Shown here piece by piece: positions 56,746 through 64,000 of a stretch of 64,000 bases of DNA. The notes under the pieces were generated by a model that had not been told where the DNA came from, did not search any database, and saw only the letters and a list, made by a program, of their open reading frames with translations. The stretch spans positions 2,064 through 66,063 of the forward strand of contig JBDSNU010000018.1 of NCBI GenBank assembly GCA_039915165.1. The letters are read 5' to 3'. Positions within the stretch are counted from its first letter, which is position 1, and every line of letters begins with the position of its first letter. A program made the position numbers and the translations under genes. The DNA comes from Minisyncoccota bacterium. GTDB taxonomy: Bacteria; Patescibacteriota; Minisyncoccia; Phycocordibacterales; UBA9973.

Positions 56746-56782
56746 ATAAAAACACTCATATTTATATGAGTGTTTTTATTTC

Positions 56783-57223
56783 TTATTTTGCACTAACCTC
56801 ATAATAATACCTCCCATGCGTCGAAGATAATGATTTCTTCGCTACGAGTTCGCCCGATGTAATTTTTGATTCAAGAGATTGTTTTGTTGGAACAGGACCG
56901 AATTCTTCTTCGCATGTATGCCATTTTTGCACCTCAACCCATTGGTTGTCAGTGATCACACACTGCTCGGTATTATTGCAATCTTTTTGGCAACCGCCAC
57001 CGGCTCCGTCGAAGAATGTGGCCGCTCCACTTATTAGAATATTGTTTTTGAAAGTATATGTTTCATCTAGTAGGCGCGTGCCACCTGAGCTCGTGAAGTC
57101 AGCATGGGTGGTAATAGTGAAACTGGAAGGTAGGTGGTCAGAATGGAGTTTTACCAATGCTGCACAGGCGATACAAACAATCACAACGATTATTATGGCC
57201 CATATAGTAAATTTATTTTTCAT
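56783..57223 (-). CDS. Membrane-anchored/secreted Cys-containing hypothetical protein
   Basis: N-terminal TM; four extracellular Cys. Confidence 0.65.
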   Translation of the reverse strand: MKNKFTIWAIIIVVIVCIACAALVKLHSDHLPSSFTITTHADFTSSGGTRLLDETYTFKNNILISGAATFFDGAGGGCQKDCNNTEQCVITDNQWVEVQKWHTCEEEFGPVPTKQSLESKITSGELVAKKSLSSTHGRYYYEVSAK

Positions 57224-57262
57224 AATTCATTTATACAGCAAAATGGTATAATTGCATATTAT

Positions 57263-57799
57263 ATGGTCAAAACATCACCAAAAGAATACTCTTTCAAAAC
57301 AATGAAGTCTCCAGTCGGGGAATTGAAGCTTGTTGCTAGTGATGCTGGCCTCGCTGCTATTTTGTGGGAAAATGAAAAACCGAATCGTGTCGCTATCAAC
57401 AGTGCACACGAAAACAAGAAACACCCGGTTCTTGTTGAAACAGAAAAACAGCTTAAAGAATATTTTGTAGGGAAACGTCAGAAGTTTGATGTGAAGCTGG
57501 ACTTTGCTGGCACAGACTTTCAAAAGAACGTATGGAAGGCATTATTGAATATTCCCTATGGCAAAACTGTTAGTTATGCAGATATTGCTAAGAAAGTAGG
57601 GAGCCCAAACGCTGTACGTGCAGTTGGTTCAGCGAATGGCAAGAACCCGATTTGTATCATCGCCGGTTGTCATCGAGTTGTCGCTTCATCAGGGAAGCTG
57701 GCAGGATATGCAGGTGGTATTGAAAATAAAGTAATACTATTGAAACTAGAAGGAGGGAAGTTTGCAGGAAAAGCCGACAAAAACTCTCGCATGCTATAA
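57263..57799 (+). CDS. ogt: Methylated-DNA--protein-cysteine methyltransferase
   Basis: SPVGEL, QLKEYF.G, GTDFQKNVW, IPYGKTVSY, RAVGSANGKNP, CHRV, GYAGG. Confidence 0.93.
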   Translation: MVKTSPKEYSFKTMKSPVGELKLVASDAGLAAILWENEKPNRVAINSAHENKKHPVLVETEKQLKEYFVGKRQKFDVKLDFAGTDFQKNVWKALLNIPYGKTVSYADIAKKVGSPNAVRAVGSANGKNPICIIAGCHRVVASSGKLAGYAGGIENKVILLKLEGGKFAGKADKNSRML

Positions 57800-57808
57800 T
57801 CCTGGTAT

Positions 57809-58690
57809 ATGGAAGGCTACAAAAATATCGACAATATATCTTCCCAGTCAATTGAGCAGGAGTATGTTATCAGCTCCCAATCAAAATTTTTTGAAGATCA
57901 GAAGCAACGGTATCAACCAAAAGTCGAAGACTTTTTAAATGAACCTGGTTATGATCCTGAGGAAGTGCAAAAAGAAATAGACCTTTCACAGAAATTGAAA
58001 TCTCGATGGGAAGGATCAGGAGATGATTTTGAAAAAGGTAATAAAAAAATCGCAGATATATTTGAAGGAATAATAGTTGACCAGTTTTGCGGTGCATGGA
58101 TGGCAAATAAAGCCGAAGCATTTTTTGCCGCAGATGCAGATGACTATTTGAGAAAGGTAGACTGCGTAATTGAGTTTGCAGGAGAAGGGGACAAAGGACA
58201 GCTTGAATATCTTGGACTCGGTATCGATGTGACATTTTCCTCAGACTATATGACGCTCAAAAATAAACTTGATTCCATATGGGATGAAGAAATAGAAAAA
58301 GCTAAGCAAGTGAAGATTAAATATGTTGATACAGAAAACTACAAAGGATCACTCGATATTTTCCGCGCAGTACTAGCAACAAATAAAGAAACAGTGTTGG
58401 AACTAGCACGTCTCTATAAAAATAAAGAAAGAGATAAGCTAGATGAACATCCGTACCTTGCTAACGCATTATTTCAAATTAAATATCAGCTCGAGTCGTA
58501 TCTCAATTATGCTATTAAAAAGCCCTTACCAGGGCCATACCTTGTTGAGATCGTAAAAACTCTTAAGACTTTCTATACGGTATATACAGAAAAAGAAGAA
58601 TTTTTATTGAAACATGCCGACGATGTACAAAAAACCCACTCTTTTCAAACAATACGCTCATATTGTGATGACAAATTAAATTCAATATAA
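57809..58690 (+). CDS. Hypothetical protein, possible PD-(D/E)XK-like fold
   Basis: FEGII..DDYLRKVDCVIEF..LGIDVT. Confidence 0.65.
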   Translation: MEGYKNIDNISSQSIEQEYVISSQSKFFEDQKQRYQPKVEDFLNEPGYDPEEVQKEIDLSQKLKSRWEGSGDDFEKGNKKIADIFEGIIVDQFCGAWMANKAEAFFAADADDYLRKVDCVIEFAGEGDKGQLEYLGLGIDVTFSSDYMTLKNKLDSIWDEEIEKAKQVKIKYVDTENYKGSLDIFRAVLATNKETVLELARLYKNKERDKLDEHPYLANALFQIKYQLESYLNYAIKKPLPGPYLVEIVKTLKTFYTVYTEKEEFLLKHADDVQKTHSFQTIRSYCDDKLNSI

Positions 58691-58774
58691 AATAAAACGC
58701 ATTACTCCTAAGTAGTGCGTTTTATTATGGGATTTTTATTATTCCTTTATTCAAAATTGTTATATAATTGAATA

Positions 58775-60766
58775 GTGAAACACCCTATTTTGAAGAAGTT
58801 TTTTATCAGCACATTATTAGTAATTGGTACGTTTATTAGCAGTACGGCTATTGCCGCCTCAACTGGCACTATTGATCCAAACAATGCGGGATTTTATAAA
58901 GCAGCATTCTTGGATTCAAGTGCGGTAAGTGACACAGCGATTAATTTCGGTAAGTTCACTACACAATCTCAATACAACATCACTGTATCTGACACACAGA
59001 TCCGTGGGTATGCATGGGGCGCATCAGTTGGCTATATAGTAACTAACTGTCTGGATACAACTAGTGGGTGTAGTACTGCTAATGGTAACTTCAAAATAGC
59101 AAATGCAAATGGTGTGCTTTCAGGATATGCATGGGGTGAAAATACTGGCTGGATAAACTTTGGCCCTTTTACATCACCAAGTATCTCAACAGTGAAGATC
59201 GACAGTACTGGAAACTTCGGTGGAACACTTGGGGCTGCAGGATACGCATGGAGTCAAAACTACGGTTGGATTATATTTGATTGTACTAACTCAAACACCT
59301 GTGTAAATACTGACTGGCGCGTTGCCGTAACACCTCCTAGTGGAGGAGGAGGTTCTGGTACTGGTACATTGTCTGGCGGCGGATTTCCACCAGGCTACAC
59401 ACCTCCTGGAACTACACCAACAACTCCGACCAATCCTACTACCCCAACCACTCCTACTGGTCCAACAACACCGCCTATCACTCCAGCTACACCAGGTACA
59501 ACTGATAATGGAACACCTGGCAATGGAACCGGCATAGGTAACGGTGTTACACCTGAACAGCCAAATCAGCCACCAGCAGGTGGAAACAGTGGTGGGCCAA
59601 ATCAGTCCCCAACAGGTACTTCAACTCAGCCGACAAGCAATCCTTCACAATCAGGAGGAGGACCAGGATTATTTGATAATGGCATCACACTACCTCCAGC
59701 ATTTGTTGAATCAATCACTACTATTACAAGTTCAATTGGAACAAGTTTGAAAGGTCTTGGTAATGCATTTGCCCCACTCGCAACAGGAGTGATCGGATTT
59801 GCACGTACCCCAATAGGTTCAACAACATCAAAGCTTGCTAGTGCATTTGGTATTATCCTCACATTGATTTCAGCAATTGCTATTGCTCTTATTTCTAGTC
59901 CGTTTACCTGGGCAGACCTATTGATGTTGCCACTCAGTTTATGGAATCTATTGTTGATCATCTTTGGTTTCAAGCGACGTCATCATCCATGGGGAACTGT
60001 ATATGACAGTGTTACAAAGCAACCGATTGATCCAGCATATGTAGTACTAACTGATCTTAATGGTAATGAAGTAGCAACTTCGATTACTGACATCGATGGA
60101 CGATATGGATTCTCTGTTCCGCCTGGATCGTATAAGATTATCGCAAGTAAAACTAACTTCAATTTCCCTTCAATGAAATTGGCTGGTCAAAGCAAAGATG
60201 AACTATATGACCAACTCTACTTCGGTGAAGTGATTGAGATCAAAGAAGATGGCGAAGTAATTACAAAAAACATTCCTATGGATCAATTAAACTTTGACTG
60301 GAATGAGTTCGCAAAGACTGAACAGAAGCGTCTGTCATACTACAAGCGAAGTGATGTAACTATTGCTCGCATCTCAAATTTCTTCTTCGCTATCGGATTC
60401 ATTATTGCAACTATCTCATTGATTTCAGCGCATACCTTATATAACAGTATTATATTTGTCATCTATGTTGTGTTATTTCTTGTTAAACAATATGTTCCCC
60501 AATTTAAATCAAAGGGTTCAATATCAGATGCGATCAGTGATGACCCACTACCGTTCGCTATCCTGCGTGTTCTATCAACAGTAACAGGACAAGAAATCAG
60601 TCATAAGGTTGCTGATCGAATTGGTAGCTATTATTGTCTCGTACCAAATGGTACCTACAATGTTACGATCGACAAGAAAAATGCTGATGCAAGTTATACA
60701 AAAATGGTAGTGCCGTATCCTGTGACAGTGAAAGAAGGATACCTAAGAAAAGACTTTAAGGTGTAA
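58775..60766 (+). CDS. Multi-domain surface protein (GYAW repeats, P/T/G linker, TM segments, carboxypeptidase-regulatory-like domains)
   Basis: Three GYAW..G(W/Y)I repeats; WGTVYDSVTKQPIDPA..TDIDGRYGF. Confidence 0.8.
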   Translation: MKHPILKKFFISTLLVIGTFISSTAIAASTGTIDPNNAGFYKAAFLDSSAVSDTAINFGKFTTQSQYNITVSDTQIRGYAWGASVGYIVTNCLDTTSGCSTANGNFKIANANGVLSGYAWGENTGWINFGPFTSPSISTVKIDSTGNFGGTLGAAGYAWSQNYGWIIFDCTNSNTCVNTDWRVAVTPPSGGGGSGTGTLSGGGFPPGYTPPGTTPTTPTNPTTPTTPTGPTTPPITPATPGTTDNGTPGNGTGIGNGVTPEQPNQPPAGGNSGGPNQSPTGTSTQPTSNPSQSGGGPGLFDNGITLPPAFVESITTITSSIGTSLKGLGNAFAPLATGVIGFARTPIGSTTSKLASAFGIILTLISAIAIALISSPFTWADLLMLPLSLWNLLLIIFGFKRRHHPWGTVYDSVTKQPIDPAYVVLTDLNGNEVATSITDIDGRYGFSVPPGSYKIIASKTNFNFPSMKLAGQSKDELYDQLYFGEVIEIKEDGEVITKNIPMDQLNFDWNEFAKTEQKRLSYYKRSDVTIARISNFFFAIGFIIATISLISAHTLYNSIIFVIYVVLFLVKQYVPQFKSKGSISDAISDDPLPFAILRVLSTVTGQEISHKVADRIGSYYCLVPNGTYNVTIDKKNADASYTKMVVPYPVTVKEGYLRKDFKV

Positions 60767-60783
60767 TCGCGTCAAACCCGACT

Positions 60784-60830
60784 GACAAAGAAAAAAGACT
60801 CCTCGTTATGAGGAGTCTTTTTTCTTTGTC
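60784..60830. terminator. Bidirectional terminator
   Basis: gacaaagaaaaaagactcctc-gttat-gaggagtcttttttctttgtc. Confidence 0.8.
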
Positions 60831-60834
60831 TTCA

Positions 60835-61203
60835 CTACTGCCCGATCAATGAATGAATCTTTTCTACGATTTCATCAAGAGTAAAGTTGGACTTGATCAT
60901 AAATGCAGCAGCCCCACCGTCCATCATTTTCTTCATGTCTGCGTCACTTGAAAGGTTTGAGAAAACAATAACTGGGATAGCTTTTGTTTTTTCATCAGCC
61001 TTAAGGTTGAGTAATACATGCTCACCATCAATATCGGGAAGCATCATATCGAGCAATATCAAGTCAGGTGCAAATGTCGTAAGCGCTTGATCGATATCCG
61101 CCTTTGTCATCGCAGTCTTTACATCAAAGCCACTTTTGGTGAACTTTGCGCTTTCGATGTTTTTCAAAAAAGCGTCATCTTCAATTATTAGGATTTTCTT
61201 CAT
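60835..61203 (-). CDS. Single-domain response regulator
   Basis: ILIIEDD, PDLILLDMMLP, VIVFSN, FMIKSN. Confidence 0.92.
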   Translation of the reverse strand: MKKILIIEDDAFLKNIESAKFTKSGFDVKTAMTKADIDQALTTFAPDLILLDMMLPDIDGEHVLLNLKADEKTKAIPVIVFSNLSSDADMKKMMDGGAAAFMIKSNFTLDEIVEKIHSLIGQ

Positions 61204-61239
61204 ATGCACTAGTATAGCGCTTTTGGGCCAAATGGGGAA

Positions 61240-61962
61240 TTATTGTTGCAAAGGAATTGTGATTGTCACAGTAGTTCCTTCGTGCTCAATACTATCCATA
61301 GTAATAGTACCGCCATGTTGTTCAATAATATGCTTCGTACTATAAAGCCCCAATCCAGTACCTTGTTGAACTGTGTTTTCTGCACGATAAAACTTTTCAA
61401 ACAAATGACCCATTTTGTCAGCGGGAATTCCGGCACCCTGGTCTTGTACGGTAACCAAGGCCTTGTTGTCTTGTCCTGAAAGTGAAATGATAATTTCAGT
61501 ATCTGGATTACTATATTTCAATGAATTTTCAATGATATTATGAAGTGCGATCCGAAGCTTGCTAACGTCGCCGTTGATAGTAATTGTTTCAGCAGGCTGG
61601 TGATAGGTAATAGCAATTTGTTTTTGCGCTGCCTCATTGCTAAATTCTTGCACAATTTCTGCTAATAAATGAGTAAGGTGTACAGGAAGTTTGGCATACG
61701 TAAGCACCTCGTTATTTTTGATAGCAGTCATTGTTGTGTTGAGTAGGTCAACCATGCGCTGGTTTGCTTGTATCGCCTGTGCCATAGCTGCTTGTTGTTC
61801 TGCGGTAAGTGCACCATAGTCTCCGTCATTGAGCATTTTGAAAAGCCATTTCATCGCAGAGAGGGAAGTGCGTAGTTCGTGGGCAGACAAAAGAAAGAAA
61901 TCAATTTTTTCTTGCTGAGAGTTTGCTTGTGTTGAGCTTGTCGAATCAGTCGAAGTTTCCAT
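61240..61962 (-). CDS. Histidine kinase (HisKA + HATPase) without a sensor domain
   Basis: AHELRTSL, NIIENSLKY, DQGAGI, FEKFY, GTGLGL. Confidence 0.9.
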   Translation of the reverse strand: METSTDSTSSTQANSQQEKIDFFLLSAHELRTSLSAMKWLFKMLNDGDYGALTAEQQAAMAQAIQANQRMVDLLNTTMTAIKNNEVLTYAKLPVHLTHLLAEIVQEFSNEAAQKQIAITYHQPAETITINGDVSKLRIALHNIIENSLKYSNPDTEIIISLSGQDNKALVTVQDQGAGIPADKMGHLFEKFYRAENTVQQGTGLGLYSTKHIIEQHGGTITMDSIEHEGTTVTITIPLQQ

Positions 61963-62049
61963 ATGTTGTACGATAACTATATCATTTAAACAGAAAATAA
62001 AAAAACAGCCATGTACGTATACATGACTGTTTCACTGTCAGCGGGGGCC

Positions 62050-62436
62050 TTAGGCTTCCACTGCTTCCAAAATTTCCCGATTTTCTTTTACTTTCGGCCA
62101 GGCGTGCATAAGTACATCCGTCACTGTAGTAATGGTTGTTGCGCCGGCAACCTCTTTTCTCATTACATAGAAACTGTACTTATCCAGGTACTGTTTGTTG
62201 ATCAGCTTAATAAAAACCAAAATCTGGTCTTCGGTCGGGCCGTCAAAAATAATTTCCCGGGTGTTGTTTTTGCTGGCTTGTTTCACCAACTCTTTCGGGG
62301 CGGCTATGTTATAGCCAAATGATATTGCATGCCGTGTATCGCTCGCATCGTTAAAAAGTTTAACAACTGCTTGTTGGCTAGACAACTCATCTTTTTTCTT
62401 GATGTTGGTTCTGAAAATAAAGAATTTCCTTTTCAT
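62050..62436 (-). CDS. Hypothetical protein
   Basis: 128 aa; TTGACT-16-TATAGT promoter; hairpin downstream. Confidence 0.55.
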   Translation of the reverse strand: MKRKFFIFRTNIKKKDELSSQQAVVKLFNDASDTRHAISFGYNIAAPKELVKQASKNNTREIIFDGPTEDQILVFIKLINKQYLDKYSFYVMRKEVAGATTITTVTDVLMHAWPKVKENREILEAVEA

Positions 62437-62621
62437 TTTTAAAGAATTTTGGTTTATGGAATGTATTTGAAATAACTATAGCGTATTCCTTTAAATAGTC
62501 AATGCCACGCTGCATAAATGCTTTGCAACGCAAGGGTTTACAGTATGCAAACAAAAAACCACCCAAAGCAGGCGGTTTTTTTGTAGATTCCTACGTCGTT
62601 CTTGCGAACTACGTGAGAGAG

Positions 62622-62894
62622 CTATTTTACAGCGTCTTTCAATGCCTTTGCAGCACGGAATTTTGGAACGCGAGTAGCTGCAACCTTTACTGGTTCACCA
62701 GTCTTAGGGTTACGAGCTGTGCGAGCTGCACGTAGTTTAACAGAAAAGATTCCAAGTCCAGCAATCGATACTTCGTCGCCTTTCTTTAATGTCTTAACGA
62801 TTTCTTCGAGGATACTCTCCACAATTTCTTCAGCCTGTACCTTTGTACCGCCTACCTTTCCGTGGATAAGTTCAACGAGTGCTTGTTTGTTCAT
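62622..62894 (-). CDS. hup: DNA-binding protein HU
   Basis: MNKQALV..GDEVSIAGLGIF..RAARTARNPKTGE..VPKFRAAKALKDAV. Confidence 0.96.
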   Translation of the reverse strand: MNKQALVELIHGKVGGTKVQAEEIVESILEEIVKTLKKGDEVSIAGLGIFSVKLRAARTARNPKTGEPVKVAATRVPKFRAAKALKDAVK

Positions 62895-63037
62895 AGTATT
62901 TGTATAAGAGAATCTCTGCAATAGTGCAGTGAGATCCCCTGTAGCGCTAGTCTATTAATTCATCAGTGCGCTCAAGCAATATGCTTAAAGCTTATAGACA
63001 TTATATAGTAAGGTATTTTGACTGCAAACATTGACAC

Positions 63038-64000
63038 TTATTTATATCGTGCCATAATTTCTTCCTCAACAATTGCTCGAGGTCGTCCATATTTCAAATA
63101 TGACAATTCTTTTATCTTTTCTGCCGTCTCTGTATTGCCTCGAGGAGGGAATGGAGTGTGAGAATTGAATGCTTTTACAGGTACTCCATCAACAAGCATT
63201 TTGATATAACAGTTTAAATTTTGCTGTTTGATAATATCATCAGGAGTAAATGTAGGAGCAAATTGTTTTGAAAATACTTCAGCGTTTTCTGGACTAACAC
63301 GGTGTACTACCATTGTTCCAACGTTACCAAACACGGCATTTTTAATACCCTCATCGAGTTGTTCAATGTATTGGTGCGCAACAGTAAGAGATAAACGATA
63401 TTTACGCGCCTCAGAAAGAATAGTGTTGATTGAATCTGTAGTAACATTTTGGAATTCATCAATGTACATATAGAAATCATTCACTTCACTTTTGCCAATA
63501 ATATCTACACGAGAGAGCGCTGCCATAGTGATTTTACCAACGAGCAACAATCCAATAAGGTGAGAGTTGATATCACCGAGACGACCTTTTGAAAGATTTA
63601 CCAACAATATTTTTTTCTTGTCCATGATGTCACGGAAGTTCAACACACTTTCTTGTTGTGCGATAACAGGACGCATTACATCGTTTGAAATAAATACATC
63701 AAACTTGTTTGTGATATATGGTACGAAGTTTGCAAGGGATGCTTCACCAGTAGTCTTCTCTGCATTTTCCCAGAACTGTTTGATGATAGGATTTTTACAT
63801 TTAGATAATTTCATATCGCGAAATGCTTTATCAGAAAGTACGCGACCGATTTCAAGCAGGGTAGAGCCAGATGCAGGATCTTCCATTACCAGTCCGGCTG
63901 AGTTACGGAAGTATTGTTCGAAGGCAGGACCGCCAGCAACTTTCATATCAAAGAGTTTATTAAAGATCGCTAGTAGTTCATTGATCACAAAAATCTTTTG
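63038..64000 (-). CDS. virD4: VirD4/TraG-like coupling ATPase (C-terminal part, runs off the window)
   Basis: GGPAFEQYFRN, LVNLSKGRLG, YIDEFQN, LSEARKYRL, AHQYIEQL, FGNVGT. Confidence 0.88.
   Translation of the reverse strand, partial: QKIFVINELLAIFNKLFDMKVAGGPAFEQYFRNSAGLVMEDPASGSTLLEIGRVLSDKAFRDMKLSKCKNPIIKQFWENAEKTTGEASLANFVPYITNKFDVFISNDVMRPVIAQQESVLNFRDIMDKKKILLVNLSKGRLGDINSHLIGLLLVGKITMAALSRVDIIGKSEVNDFYMYIDEFQNVTTDSINTILSEARKYRLSLTVAHQYIEQLDEGIKNAVFGNVGTMVVHRVSPENAEVFSKQFAPTFTPDDIIKQQNLNCYIKMLVDGVPVKAFNSHTPFPPRGNTETAEKIKELSYLKYGRPRAIVEEEIMARYK

Noticed and set aside
62960-62966. CTGATGA on the minus strand, suggesting a hammerhead ribozyme
   Set aside because: No GAAA core or matching stem II/III arrangement

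Overview
64 kb of an AT-rich bacterial chromosome whose gene content points to a Patescibacteria/CPR organism, probably Parcubacteria (inferred from gene families, not from a database search). It spans the origin region (yidC-yidD-rnpA-rpmH / dnaA-oriC-dnaN) and housekeeping genes (polA, tsaE, ruvB/ruvC, tyrS, PBP1A, rsmA, pcrA, comM, rpsO, xer, xth, cca, yraN, ogt, HU). It also holds a PilB/GspE ATPase, a ~15.5 kb co-oriented T4SS-like envelope cluster (VirB4, PrgI, VirB6-like, pilin-M15 peptidase fusion), a partial VirD4, a RAYT transposase with REP palindromes, TA-type modules, four tRNA genes without encoded CCA, and a parS cluster at 49.2-51.6 kb. The most striking unexplained structures are: (1) an integrase-less array of 1-2-gene cassettes downstream of tRNA-Gly(TCC), each ending in a tRNA-3'-end-like site; (2) antisense copies of the tRNA T-arm/acceptor 80-92 nt downstream of tRNA 3' ends; (3) two ORF-less promoter-to-terminator units that look like unannotated ncRNAs (9.1-9.3 kb, 47.5-47.7 kb); (4) a widespread -10 box 6-8 nt before start codons, suggesting leaderless expression. 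Several start codons were moved from the ORF track on this basis.
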